Of a stretch of DNA of 64,000 nt, positions 14,277 to 27,071 are shown piece after piece; positions within the stretch are counted from its first letter, which is position 1; each line of letters starts with the position of its first letter. Made by a program: the position numbers and the translations under genes. The notes beneath the pieces were generated by a model. It was not told where the DNA came from. It saw only the letters and a list, made by a program, of their open reading frames with translations, and made no database searches. This stretch comes from Eledone cirrhosa (lineage: Eukaryota): NCBI GenBank assembly GCA_964016885.1, contig OZ024747.1, positions 78,120,001-78,184,000 on the forward strand. Direction: 5' to 3'.

Positions 14277-14487
14277 CCCTTTAGCATATAAACCGGCCAG
14301 AACTTTCTCACCTCTTTCTGTTCAAACTGGCTGTAACCGGCCACTGATACCTACATTAAGGTATTGTTTTCAAAATAAATAACATCAAAATCTCATAGAT
14401 TCAATATTATGTGAGATAATTATGTAAGGTAAAGCCTTTACCATGAAAATATAATAGTAAATATAGAGTAATGTAAATGCTAAAGGG
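14277..14487 (+). mobile_element. piggyBac-derived MITE, 211 bp
   Basis: TTAA|CCCTTTAGCAT...ATGCTAAAGGG|TTAA; alignable to 10737-10939. Confidence 0.9.
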
Positions 14488-15048
14488 TTAACTGGCACCT
14501 CTGCTCTCGCTAAAAGTATTTTCCCAAACTCTACAGAGTTGGAAATGTCAAGCAATCATGGCACCAGCACTGTTGACTGGGTTCTTAGATATTGTTTCCC
14601 AAAGGCACAAAGTTGTATCCGTGACAAGTTATCACCTATAAACCGTAATGACTCACCCAGTTGTTTCACTTCACAGTATTTTTTGGACAAAACACCTTCT
14701 GGTACTTGTTCTGCTTTTCTGTGCCCTGGGTTAAAATCCCATTGAGGTTGGTTTTGCCTTTCATCCTTTTGGGGGCCTGATGAAATAAAGGTATCAGTCC
14801 ATGGCAATGGATTGGTGGAATTGGTAGATCTGCCACCGAGACAACTTGAAATATTTGTTCTGGTTCTTTGTGTTCTGACGTCAAATCTTGCTGTCTATTC
14901 CATGCTAGCGGGGAAAATAGACAGTAAATGAATCATTGAATGTCTGTAAATGTTGGTCTTTTCTCTGCCATTTCAGGAAATAATAAATATTTAAATATAT
15001 TCACAATTATTTTATGTCTAAATTTTGGTCTTTTCTCTGCTATTTCAG

Positions 15049-15115
15049 GTCACTAGTGACTGATGCTAAAGTGAGATTAAAATATCAACAAATTATAACA
15101 AATAGCTTCGTTGAA
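15049..15115 (+). CDS. ARIH1: ARIH1 exon (SLVTDAKVRLKYQQIITNSFVE)
   Basis: tttcag|GTCACT...GTTGAA|gtaagt; 67 nt. Confidence 0.95.
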
Positions 15116-15825
15116 GTAAGTATTATAATTTATAGCTTAGCAACCATCTCTTTTCAACTAGGATTTTTTAAAATAAATTTGTTCGGTAACAAAAAAAAAA
15201 AAAAAAATGATATAGGTTAGAAATGTTTTTTTAAATAATTAAGGGTGATAGATTAATGTAATTTATTACTGAAATACTGATTTTGTTGGAGAAGTGCCAG
15301 ACTTGGTATATTTTAAATGCCAAACTAAAATCCTCTCCAAACATTCATTGTTACTGCAGCAACCAAAAATCGCCAAATATTGTGAAAGCCAATTTCTTTT
15401 TAGTGGGGTCAGTTTTACATATATCTAGAAAAATGAGGTTTTGTTCATTGACCTCTCAATATTCGAAACTAAAACAGGTGTTTATACCTTTTACTTCATA
15501 GTAACATAAGTGGAATGGCTTTTGCATATATTTTGGAGCAAGTGTTTTTTTTACAGCTGGATGCCCTTTTCTATCACTTACCCAGAGTAGGATTGATACT
15601 TTCTGTCAGGCATAGTAAGGCAACCGGAGTTACGCCCCTTGCCATTTTGCCTTGAATCTCAACCTAGTGGTTGTAATCAAGTTTGAACTCTTTTCATTTT
15701 ATAGCTGCTCTGTCTTATGTTAATATAAATCATTATTTCAGTTCCTTTTAGTGAAAAGTATAATAAGGAACTCAAAGTTGATTTATATGTGTGTTATGAA
15801 TATGTAATATATGTGTTTATTTTAG

Positions 15826-15932
15826 TGCAATCGGTTATTGCGATGGTGTCCAGCCCCGGATTGTGGTTATGCAGTAAAAGTAGCACATTATGATACTAAG
15901 CCTGTGACATGTCTATGTGGACATACCTTCTG
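15826..15932 (+). CDS. ARIH1: ARIH1 exon ([35 protein letters not shown]), IBR
   Basis: ttttag|TGCAAT...TTCTG|gtcagt; 107 nt. Confidence 0.95.
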
Positions 15933-16491
15933 GTCAGTACATTATATTATCATTGATTGAATTAGATTGTTTTAATGATGCCTTTTTTTAGTTAATAGGA
16001 AGCAAGGCCATTGTTATATCGGTTTTTACACGGTCTCTACACCCTTAAGTCCTCTCGTGATTTTGTTGAGATTTTATTAACCATTTCATGACCACATATT
16101 TTCAATGAAATATATGATCTGTGTGTTTCAATTAATTTTTTTTTAGATAATCAGGAATTTAGATAGGTTTAATAAAGTTCCTATGTTCTCTATTAATCTG
16201 TTGTTTTGAACATATAATTTTGAGAGCAGATGGACAGCTTTGTATCATAAAATTAGAGGCAGTCTCAGACAGGTTTTTATCAAAAGGGTTAAGCCACTCT
16301 GATTATTGTATTAATAGCACATTGAAGCAGTTCTTTGGTTTTGTTGTTCTTGTGATCCAACTGTATCTGTTCCTCCTTTTCGACATTCTTGATATCACTT
16401 TAATCCTATATCATTAGATTGTTTTTTAAACATAATTTAGGTTAAACCTTAGGAATTATCAAATTGCTGGAAGTTTTTGATATTCGAAAAT

Positions 16492-16701
16492 TTGAGTGTC
16501 CCAGATGTAGGGAATAACTATAATAAGTCATTAACTATAGATAATAGTTGAGAAAATTGGGTAAATGACCCTTAGAGATGAAAATAAAGGAAACAGAATT
16601 GTAGGTATGTTGTCTATTTATTTCTGTGTCTAAGAGTAATTTCTCAACTATTAATTATAGCAACCAACTGTTATTAATTATTTTCTCCATTTAGGACTCT
16701 C
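16492..16701. mobile_element. Degenerate foldback element or MITE
   Basis: Imperfect inverted arms TGAGTGTCCCAGATG and CATTTAGGACTCTCA, plus AATAGTTGAGAAA and TTTCTCAACTATT. Confidence 0.55.
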
Positions 16702-16883
16702 ACATTTTCAAATTAAATTAATTTTGTCCTAAATTTAGATGTAAAATTTTATTCTCCGTTATAGTTAAGAGAGAATTACTTAAATTTCTCTCTCTCTCTC
16801 CCCCTCCCTCTTTACTGTTGACTGTTTCCTTTTTTCTTTTAATATTCAAAACTTGATTTTTTTTTTTTTTTTTTTTTTTTAAG

Positions 16884-16998
16884 CTTTAATTGTGGAGAGA
16901 ATTGGCATGATCCGGTCAAGTGCAAATGGTTAAGGAAATGGATTAAAAAATGTGATGATGATAGTGAAACTTCAAATTGGATTGCTGCTAATACTAAG
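16884..16998 (+). CDS. ARIH1: ARIH1 exon ([38 protein letters not shown])
   Basis: poly-T then aag|CTTTAAT...ACTAAG|gtattt; 115 nt. Confidence 0.95.
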
Positions 16999-17130
16999 GT
17001 ATTTTTTATTGAGCTTTTGTTACACATTAAGGTCTTTTTCTTTGCTAGGTAGTCATAGATGGACTCGGATTTTAAAATGTTGAATGATTAAAATGACTGG
17101 CATTATGCATGCTTGTATGATCCTGTGACA

Positions 17131-17254
17131 CCCGAGGGAATTGTAGGCGCACCATATTGATATATAGCATTTCTAGGGCATTTTAAAACCTAGTGGAGCC
17201 CATCTCCTCTCTAAGTCTGAATACAGCAAATTCCTTCCAGAGAAGGATAGAAAG
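17131..17254 (+). repeat. Unclassified interspersed repeat; inverted homologue at about 32865-32980
   Basis: GAGGGAATTGTAGG...AAACCTAGTGGAGCCCATCTCCTCTC...CTTCCAGAGAAGGATAGA aligns with the reverse complement of 32865-32980. Confidence 0.7.
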
Positions 17255-17563
17255 TTAGTCATTCTGATCGTGCAGCTCTCTGTTGAAAGACATTTTAACT
17301 GGCCAACTCATCTTTTAGGGGTATGTTTAGAATAGCAATATCTGATATCTATCTTTATTGAAGATAAGAATGAGATTTGGCTGCTATTTCTCATTGGTTA
17401 GGAACCATCTAGAGGTTATGAAGTACCACTAGATGGTGAAATTTTATTGAAGCCTGGGTTATTTTGGACCAAATCTAATTATATATATATTCTAAATATT
17501 TTTTATTGGACACCTGGCAATATTTTCTGTAAAATTTTTTACTCCAAACATTTTTTATTTCAG

Positions 17564-17694
17564 GAATGTCCCAAGTGCCATGTCACTATAGAGAAGGATG
17601 GAGGCTGTAATCATATGGTATGTAAAAACCAGAATTGCAAGGCAGATTTTTGCTGGGTCTGTTTAGGGCCCTGGGAACCTCATGGCTCTTCCTG
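17564..17694 (+). CDS. ARIH1: ARIH1 exon, RING2 ([43 protein letters not shown])
   Basis: tttcag|GAATGT...TCCTG|gtaatt; 131 nt. Confidence 0.97.
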
Positions 17695-19168
17695 GTAATT
17701 AAAAAAATATTTATTTTATTTTGTGTTTTTAACAAAAAGAAGAAAAAAAAGAAAGTTATATTACTAAATCTTTCCAAATTCTTGAATATTTTCAAAATGA
17801 TTTGAAAATCATTGGCAGTATCTTTTATTTAAAATATGGTAATGGAAGGATTAAGTGCTTGTCCCCATTCTTTGAACTCAGTCCAAATCCCACCACGGTC
17901 AACTTTACCTTTTCTAGGATGGTAAATATAGTACCAGTCCATGGACGATGGGTTGATGAAATTGTTGGAGATGATTGGGATAGTTTTGTTGTATCAGTTC
18001 CAGCTCTTTATGTTCTGAGTTCAAATTCAGCCTCCTGTCATCAGAATAACAGTGACTGATAGATAATATCTGATATGGAAAGAGCAATGGAAATAAAGTT
18101 TCCTTGGTTTCATTTGATAGTGTTCACTGCATTGTGACTCTAGCAAAGACATTGTTTAATGGTTGAGAACTTACACATCTTTGACATGTTCAATTGTTAA
18201 GATACTATGAATGTTTGATACTATGGATGTTAAGAGTCAATTGACAACCACACATATACAATGTTACTTTTAGCATAATTGATTTCATTGCATTCATATT
18301 TAGAGTCTTTAGTCTAATATTGCAACATTTCACATTGATCTGTCTACTAGTAAAGATACTATAAACATTTGAATTAATCTTTTTTTAAATATTTTCTACT
18401 CATTACAAGATTTTTAGAGTTGAATGGAAACAATGTCTTCTGGGATTGACTCAATGGCTTCTGGAACAAATGTTTTTTTTTTTTTTTTGTTTTTCCATTC
18501 TTCAAAAAAGGAATTTATCAATGCCAGTGTTGTTTATATTTGTTTTATTTATGTTGTCAAGACCTATGTTTAATTCTTTGCATACTAAAAAGTCGCATCA
18601 TCTCTTTTATGTCTGTTTTTCCATGGTTGGATGGGTCTTTTCCAGTACAGCTTTCCCATCTTCATTGCACTCCTTCATTTCTGTAAGGTTAAGTGTTTTG
18701 AAATTCACTCTCACCACTACCCAGGTTTTCCTTGGTCTTCCTCTACTGCAGCTTCCCTCCACTTGGAACGCTGGACACTTCACCCAATGATCATCATACC
18801 AGTGCAGCTTTCTCTCCTACACACTACATTTGATTCCTCTTATTCTCAGTTTCTCCCACAGTTCACCCATGCTTTGTGATTCAGGCACATTAACATTACA
18901 CATCCATCAGTTCATGCTCTCTTTGCATAGCCTCTGCATTTGGCATTCACAAAATTAAACATAGGTTATTGCTGTTGGTGTGGTTGTTGGGTAATGTAGT
19001 TTAACCTTTGTTTTATGCTTCTATATCTAGGTATAAGCAACAAACTCTGTCTCTGAATTTGTAAGCTAGCAGATACCTCTACATAGATATCATCTAGACC
19101 AGTACATATTTCCTATTTTCTGTTGCACATTGTTTAAAGAATATTCACATGTTATTGTTTCTGTTTAG

Positions 19169-19226
19169 GTACAACTGCAACCGATTTGATGAAGAAGAAG
19201 CAAAGAAAGCTAGAGATGCTCAGGAG
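19169..19226 (+). CDS. ARIH1: ARIH1 exon (YNCNRFDEEEAKKARDAQE)
   Basis: gtttag|GTACAAC...CAGGAG|gtgaaa; 58 nt. Confidence 0.94.
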
Positions 19227-19301
19227 GTGAAAATACTATCTTTATTCTGCATTCCCCTTTTCCACACCTTCAAATTTATTAAAACTCCACACTTACATTA
19301 A

Positions 19302-19488
19302 CCCCTTAACATTTACATTACTCTATATATACTATTATATTTTCATAGTAAAAGCTTTATCTTACATAATTATCTCACATAATATCGAATCTGAGATTTT
19401 GATGTTATTTATTTTGAGAACAATACTTCAACATCAATACGAGTGGCTCGTTACAGCAGGTTTGAACAGAAAGATGTGAGAGAATTCT
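19302..19488 (-). mobile_element. piggyBac-derived MITE, reverse orientation, one end lost
   Basis: Reverse complement of the 14277-14487 family; TTAA at 19298-19301. Confidence 0.8.
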
Positions 19489-20323
19489 CTATACTAAGAC
19501 CTGAACTGCAGCTACACTAACTTGTACACAAGCATCAGGTTAAACTGCACTTTCAGAATCATGCAGTTTAACCACTTTGATGGTAGCAACACTGATCATG
19601 TCTTTCCAAAAAAAATGTGGCAATGCAAAAATTTCAACAGAATGTCAACAGCACTGATCTCTTGTTTTGAAAGGTCTGTAATGGTTATGAACAATTCCCC
19701 ATCCTTCACACCTACCATTGAAAAAACATCTCTAGAGTATAGATGAGGTGAGATGAGTCAACAGAAATTGTAGAATTTGTGTATTTCATTAAATGTTTCA
19801 TTTGTTATGTGAATAAATAAATAGTTGTCATCTAAATCATATTTATATGATGAGATTTTAAAGAAATATACTGTTTAGATATGGCATTTGTATGGTGGCT
19901 TTTTGGTATGAGTGTCTTCACATCTGTGTATTTGTGTTGTTTACATGTGCTCTTAACCTGTGCATCTATGAACTTGCTGTTATGTGTGTAGATGAGCACC
20001 TGCTCATAGCTGTGTGTGTGTATACATGTTTTTGTGGATGTGAAGATGCTCTTAGTGATGTGTGGATGTGTACATGCTCTTAGCTGTCTGTGTGTGTGTA
20101 TACATGTTTATATATGCATGCATGTTCTTACCTCTGTGTGGATGTACACATGCTTTTACCTTTGTGTCTCTCTTTTTGCCTATCTGTCTTTGTTTGGTTT
20201 TCCTGTGTTATATAATTATGTTTTGTGTATGTCACCATCATAATATGTAAATAGAATTGTAAAACAACAAAATTTAAGGAACTCCTTTCTTTTTCTTTCC
20301 CCCTTCCTTTTGATTTCTTTTAG

Positions 20324-20407
20324 AAGTCTCGGGCGGCGTTACAGCGTTATCTATTTTATTGCAATCGATATATGAATCATATGCAGAGTTTAAAGTTTGA
20401 ACACAAG
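20324..20407 (+). CDS. ARIH1: ARIH1 exon ([28 protein letters not shown])
   Basis: ttttag|AAGTCT...CACAAG|gtaagt; 84 nt. Confidence 0.95.
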
Positions 20408-21659
20408 GTAAGTGAATTGTGTTATTCTGTAGTTTACCTCTTAACATCCTGCACCAAATGAAACTGCTTTAAGACTTTTCTTCTTATGAAAGTATAAAAC
20501 GTTATAACTGCATCACATTAAAATTTGAATTTACAAACCTGTTTTTAGATATCTTCTTTATCCATTTATTCTCGAGGGGGTCAAGGAAGTGGAATCTTTA
20601 AACACTCCGTCCAGCGGGTTCTGTCAGGATCAGCCATTTCCAACTGATCTAGCCGGATCCCCAAGTGAGACCTGTTGAGCTAGTAGATGTTATCCAACCA
20701 TTTTGATCTGGGTCTCCTGCCAGTTGGTTTTGCCCATAAAATCTTTCCTGAGACATTCTAACCACATACCCATAGTATCAGAACTGTGATCTCTCATTGC
20801 AAAGTCACAGGTCCAATACTATAGGTATGTAGTTCGAATGTCTCAGAAAAAAATTGCAGGACAGATTTTATGGGCAAAACCAACCGATGTTCTCTGCTAA
20901 ATCATCATCATCATTTTACGTCTGCTTTTCCCTGCTTGCAAGGGTGGGACGGAAACTGATTCTGGCTTGATTTCTACAGCTGGATGCCCTTCCTAACCAA
21001 CCTCATTTACAGTGAGTGCTGGGTGCTTTTTTACTGTGGCACCTTCACGACCACTTCAGTGGAATGTCCTATCATCTTATTTCTACAGCTGAGTAAACTG
21101 GAGCAATGTGAAATAAAGTGTCTTGCTCTAACCACTAAGCCATGTGCCTTCTAACAAGATGTTAAAAAAATTAGGGAATATCATATTCAGTCAACTCCCA
21201 AATAAATTCTTACCACTTCTTTACAATTCCACATTGGTGTGTAATATTTTGTCACAATATCCCAATAATTACAGGGTCACATGTATTATGTTAACGCTTA
21301 ACACAGAAAAACGTTCTCTAATTGTTGGTTGTCTCCCTTGTATCTAGGAAGCCACATGTGAAATCTTTCATCCTTCTCTATCCCAAACATTTATGGCCAG
21401 ACAACAGTTTTGCTACCTTATCCTTCTGGTATTTCTGATTTCCCTTTTGAAATATCACATGATATTCTTTCCCTGTGTTACCTTTTTGTTACCATAGTTC
21501 TAATGAAATACAATATTTTAATCTAATTAATGAAGCGTTTTGAGGGATTTACTAACATTTTAAATTATTTAATTATTTAGATGGCAAGTGTCAAATTACT
21601 AGACAAAAGATTTTTATATAGAATGTTGGAGGGCTTTAATTTAAATACAAACTATTTAA

Positions 21660-23190
21660 CCCTTTAGTGTTCAAACCGACCGCAATTATTTCCCCTTCAT
21701 TTGTTCAAACTTGCCGATAACACCCACACTAAAATATCGTTCTAAAAATAAACAATACTGTCATCAAAATCTCGTCAATTCGAGATTACTGCGAGATTAG
21801 GCCCCTACCGCGAAAATTAACACTTAATATAGTGAAACAACTTAAAACAACAGGTTTTTTTTAACGTTGAAAGAACAGATTTTTTGTGTATCAACATGGC
21901 TTGTGAAAGTAGCGGTACCAACTTTGAAGGTTTTACACACGACGACATTCAGAATGAACAAGAAACAAAAGATAATATTAGTGATTTATCTTCAAATGAA
22001 TCAGATGTTTACATTTCTGAAATTTCATCTGACGATGATTGTTGTTTTGAAAGTGAAAACGGAGATCTCCAGGACGTCATTGAAAATATTACAGCAACGT
22101 GGTTGAAAAATACCACACCAATATATGTTCCTGATTTTATTCAAAATACTGGTCCACAACACACATTAGCTGCCGATGCTAAAGCACTGGATTATTTCTT
22201 TTTGTTTTTACCACAAACTTTCTTCGAAGTTGTGGCAGAAGAGATTAATCGATATACCCAACAACAGATTTCAAATCGAGGAAAACCTGATCTGTTTGGC
22301 GACCGACAGATGTTGCGGAAATGCAACTTTTTACCGTAAATATTATGTTCGGTATAAAACAATTTCCAAGACTGGAATTACTGGAGCACTGATATATGGT
22401 TTAGTGATACTTACATATCAAGTATTATGCCGAAAACAACATTTAAAATTAAACCAGTATTTGCACCTGATTGATACTTCAAATGCCCCTATTGATTAAT
22501 TTCACCTGCCCATAAAAGTCAAATTTAACCAAAAATATCAGGCAAAATTATATAATTGTAAATTATTGATATTTAAACATCTACTGACAAAATTTCTAGC
22601 TTGCACATAGGAAATTAAGAAAATTACAAACAAATAAAATTGATAACCCTCTTGAGTATGATTAACTCAAAATAATTGTTTCTACATTTGGTACAAGGCC
22701 AGTAATTGCCCAGTACGTTACTGGTACTTTACCCCGTAAGGATGAAAGGCAAAGTTAACCTCTGCAGGATTTGAACTCAGATCGTAAAGGGACGTAACTA
22801 TGCTGGAAAGCATGTCCGACCTTCTACCGATACTGCCAATTCACCGCCCTTGATTAATTCAAAATAATATTCTACTTTTGGCACAAGGCCAGCAATTATG
22901 TCAGTACGTTACTGGTACTTTATTTTATCGACCCCGTAAGGATGAAAGGCAAAGTTAACCTCGGCGGGATTTGAACTCAGATCAGAAAGGGGCGTAACTC
23001 TGTGCTGCAAGGCATTAACTCAAAATAATTGTTTCTACGTTTGGCACAAGGCCATCAGAAACCCAGTGCATTACTGGTACTTTATTTTATCCACCCCCGT
23101 AAGGATGAAAGGCAAAGTTAACCTCGGCAGGATCAAAATAATGTGAACAGATCAGCATGACATTTGAAAATTAATGCGAATGCTAAAGGG
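21660..23190 (+). mobile_element. Internally deleted piggyBac transposon with transposase N-terminal remnant
   Basis: TTAA|CCCTTTAGTGTTC...GAATGCTAAAGGG|TTAA. ORF 21884-22339 has an acidic N-terminus then GPQHTL..ALDYFFLFLPQTFFEVVAEEINRY, typical of piggyBac/PGBD transposases; frameshifted afterwards. Confidence 0.85.
22676..23133 (-). mobile_element. Cluster of three tRNA-derived SINE copies inside the piggyBac
   Basis: Three reverse copies of GCCTTTCATCCTTACGGGG...AGTACCAGTAA...GGCCTTGTGCCAAA, each preceded by AA(C/T)TCAAAATAAT. Confidence 0.85.
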
Positions 23191-23399
23191 TTAAAATAGG
23201 TGTTTTTCCTTCATAGGACCAGAAGCTGGGTTGATATCAAAAAGGTTAATTTGACCCCTTAAAAAAGGCAAATATCTATTTCCAGCTGTTTAATGGAAAT
23301 TGAGGCAAACAAAGTAGTTTCCCTTGTACTGTAGACTTTTTGTTCATTTGTTTTTATTTTATATTCATTTTTGTGACTCGTTAATGACTTAAAACCCAA

Positions 23400-23745
23400 G
23401 GAAAGTGTATAGGTATGTACTTTATTGAGTAATGTTACTTCAAATACCCTTTGGAGGAACCCCATCAGACTGATTGTATTCTTTCGGTCATGACCAGGGG
23501 TAAGGGTTGGCACAAATACCGAATTGAAGGTAGTGAGTTTGACTTTTACACCTACCTCCCTTCTTCTGGTTACCAAATGCTGAAGCTGGTGCATTACTAC
23601 ACCAGTTCCTGTAATTCTTGCACTTAATTCAGCTTCCTGCCTTCCATCACTTGTGAACACGGGCCCCGATTTATTTGAACTTCTCCACCTACTTCAGTGG
23701 AACTCCACATGTAGAGTTCATTGCAAAGACGTCCTTGAAAGGAGG
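23400..23745 (-). mobile_element. RTE-clade LINE fragment (post-RT region)
   Basis: FTSDGRQEAELSARI...KVKLTTFNSVFVPTLT resembles the RTE/Rex3 C-terminal region. Confidence 0.7.
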
Positions 23746-24085
23746 CCAAATTCTTGATTATTTTCAAAGTTATTCAGAATTGATATGCAGTGTTTTTCAT
23801 TAGAAATATAGTAACAAAAAGGTTAACACATATCATTCAACGTCCATTTTCCACGATTGCAGGTTTAGACAGGTTGTCACGTTATGAGAAGAGTCCAGAG
23901 ATTACGTTTTGCTCACATGGATCTGTATTTTGACTTGGTTTTTATAGCTGGATGCCTTTCCTAACACCAACCACATTAGTGTGGACGGCATTTTTTGTTG
24001 TCACCAACACAACCACTTTGCAGTGTGGACTATATACCATTGAGAAATCCTGTTTCAGTAAATATTTTTGATGTTTTTGTTTCAG

Positions 24086-24262
24086 TTGTATGCATTGGTG
24101 AAGGTAAAAATGGAAGAGATGCAGCAACACAACATGTCTTGGATTGAAGTCCAGTTTCTTAAAAAGGCCGTAGATGTACTTTGTCAATGCCGTCAGACAC
24201 TTATGTACACTTATGTTTTTGCCTTCTATTTAAAAAAGAATAATCAGTCCATTATATTTGAA
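24086..24262 (+). CDS. ARIH1: ARIH1 exon, Ariadne domain ([59 protein letters not shown])
   Basis: tttcag|TTGTAT...TTTGAA|gtaagt; 177 nt. Confidence 0.97.
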
Positions 24263-25976
24263 GTAAGTAATACCTCTCTAATATTTTTGAACACTATAAG
24301 CAGCAAAATTACATATATGCTCGAATGTAAACCAAGGAATGTGTAACCAAAGAAAAACCAATGGTAAAATGAGGGAGGGGGGCTTATATACACCATGTAA
24401 ATAATGTTGCTTAGCTGCCTTGGCTTATAAATGGGGTTTCTATTTGAGTATACACAGTAGTTTTTGTCTGTTATAATTTCATTATTTTATTTAATTGCCT
24501 TTTAATAATTTGGTCCCATGATAAAATACATCCTGCACATTTTTTAAAGTGGTAGTGCTGGTGCCATGATAAAATGCACCCAGTACACTCTGGAAAGCAC
24601 CAATTCAATCCAAGAGGAGTATATTGGCAGAGTTGTTAAAAAGCCAGGCAGAATGCTTTGCATTATCTGATTCAGCTTCATCCATTCTGAGCTTAAACAA
24701 TGCTTCCTTCTGTCAGGAGTTGTGACTGACAAATAGTATCAGCAATGGAAAGACCAAAGGAAATAGTGTCCTTGGTTATATTACCACCTAGTGGTAACAT
24801 GTAAGCCATAAATCCTGTTGCTCTCTGAGGTACAAATCTCTTACCACTTATCACCTATCTGTGCTGTCCAGATTACATGACATGCTCGGACAGCATTCTG
24901 AAAAGTGATGTCTTCTATATAGATTCCACTCTCTCCACTACTCACCTCTTAACAAGGACTTTGGCTCTGTTTCCCTTCTCCGCTCTTCTAAGTACATTTT
25001 TGCTCTGATGGATGCAGCCCCCAACGATGTACGGCTGACACCTGTGCAGCACCGATTCAGAAACACCCATTCCCTTCGAGGGAGAGGGGTATATTGAGGA
25101 GTCGACATTCAATTGGGTAGGTTGAGATGTCTGTTAACTCTCCATATCTGAAGTATGTTGAAATCTGATTCTCACAGCTTTGCTGTTTGATGCAACATGA
25201 CATGAAACATTGTTGGCTCAGTTTGTTGACTTCTTCACAGTGAGCCTTCCAAGTTGATCGCTAACACTTAAAGTGGGCTGTTTTATGGTGGTACTAGCAG
25301 TTTTGAATTCTCATAAAACTGATGCCTGTTGTATATAAACATAACAGAAAGTTTGTATTAGCAACATGCCTGGAACAGTTGCTAAACATCTGATTGTATA
25401 TATGTTAAGTGATAAGCTTATAATATGGCTGGATATGAAATAAAACTATCATCAAGTTGTGAATGCTTGATACCCCTCCACTCCTTCTGCTTCATTTTGG
25501 CATGGATGAGACAAGTCTGACATAACATGTCACCAATCATTTTAGTGTTGCATGTATGTATTATGTATATGGTTAGTTTATTTTTAATTTAGTCAGCATT
25601 TCTCTGCTGTTTTTGTGACCGGTTAACAATCATTAGAATGTTGACCTTGTTTTTGTTTGTTTTTTAATACATTAATTTTGTTTTGATTTTTAATGTTTAA
25701 TGAGAGGTGGAAGGGAGCAGGGCTTATGATTCTTTTCAGAGCCTCCCAAATTAGAGGGAGGGGCAAAAGATATTCTCATGCTGGAGGCATGGCCTAAATG
25801 CTGGCAACAGTGTGTACATTGCTAAAGACACCCGAGGTGTTGATGTTAAACTGGGTAGCCAATTGTCAGCTTCCCAATTCCTTTCAAACTGTTTACTCTT
25901 TGGCCTTGGTAACATTTCTTTCATTTATGTATTTAGTTTAGAAATGTTTACATTTATTTAATCTCTTTCTTTGCAG

Positions 25977-26089
25977 GAAAATCAAAAGGATCTAGAAATT
26001 GCAACTGAACAGCTCTCTGAATATTTAGAACGAGAAATTACTTCGGACATGTTAGCAGATATTAAACAGAAAGTGCAAGATAAATATAG
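25977..26089 (+). CDS. ARIH1: ARIH1 exon ([37 protein letters not shown])
   Basis: ttgcag|GAAAAT...ATATAG|gtaatg; 113 nt. Confidence 0.95.
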
Positions 26090-26723
26090 GTAATGGGATT
26101 TTATGTTCATTGAAACCCTTTCACTAAAATACCTCTATTCAGCTGTCACACAGCTTCTGCATAATTCCATTAGGTTTCATGCAATACTGGTTTTTTAAAT
26201 AACAAATTTATGAGTGTAAACAGCAAGATTCAATATTGTGGATGTTGATTTAACTCTTGAGAATAAGCCATCCCTGGTTCTATCATACAAAAGTGTTTGT
26301 TGTAAAATGTTTATAGTTATCTAAAAACCTTCCATTTTAATTTTATATCAGAATCTTTATTAAGTTATGCTCCAAACACCAGTTCAATAATTAAAAAAAA
26401 GTTAGTTACATTATTAAACCCCTCCAAATGATATGCAAAATAATAAGCATTAGAAATCTAGTAACACGTTTAAATCACACACCACACACACATCCTACCT
26501 CAAATTTGTGCTTTGGGGGCTGTGGGGAAAAAATCCTTATTTACTTTTCGTTATTTAAAAACTGTAAAATTAATATATATATATATCTATGTTTGTAACT
26601 GCTCACTCTTAATCTTAGCCAACTTTTCCTTGATATCTTTCCTAAGCTTTAATAGATATATACTCCATATTCTTCTGAGTTTTTGGCTTGTATTGGCCGA
26701 TAGTGCTTCTTGTAGCTTTACTT

Positions 26724-26761
26724 GCCCTGATGAGTCCTTAATAGGGCGAAACATTGTTGGC
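26724..26761 (+). ncRNA. Minimal type I hammerhead ribozyme motif in a Penelope-type pLTR remnant (about 26588-26805)
   Basis: GCC CTGATGA GTCCT-TAAT-AGGGC GAAA CATTG TT GGC; flanks homologous to the reverse complement of about 49455-49730. Confidence 0.75.
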
Positions 26762-26908
26762 TAATAAAGACTTTTGATGTATTGAAGGCTTCTTTGGTTT
26801 ATTTTTTATAATTCTTCGGCTCTGTTTAATTACATTGAGCTATATCTTATACTGTCATTTCTATAATATGAAGAGGATGTTTAACTCTAACACTCTAGTA
26901 TTTTAATT

Positions 26909-26941
<33 letters not shown>

Positions 26942-26986
26942 CTGTTATTTTATATTTTTTTAAATATATATTTCTGTTATTTTTAG

Positions 26987-27071
26987 GTATTGTGAAAGTC
27001 GACGTAAAGTACTCTTAGATCATGTTCATGAAGGCTATGAAAAAGACCTATGGGAGTACCAAGAATGCTAA
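26987..27071 (+). CDS. ARIH1: ARIH1 last coding exon ([27 protein letters not shown])
   Basis: ttttag|GTATTGT...TGCTAA; ends in TAA. Confidence 0.95.

Larger units (their letters stand above)
3916..27071 (+). other. ARIH1: Ariadne-1-like RBR E3 ubiquitin ligase gene, 5'-partial, 13 coding exons in window
   Basis: Manual splicing of 13 GT-AG exons gives 1314 nt, i.e. 437 aa plus stop. Domain order is UBA-like, RING1, IBR, RING2 ([20 protein letters not shown], catalytic Cys present) and Ariadne domain, closely matching metazoan ARIH1 as recalled. The acidic N-terminus is absent, so it lies upstream. Confidence 0.96.

Noticed and set aside
17424-17438. CTCF-like TACCACTAGATGGT, with similar motifs near 3089 and 24782
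   Set aside because: Short imperfect matches that may belong to degraded repeats; not supportable from sequence alone.
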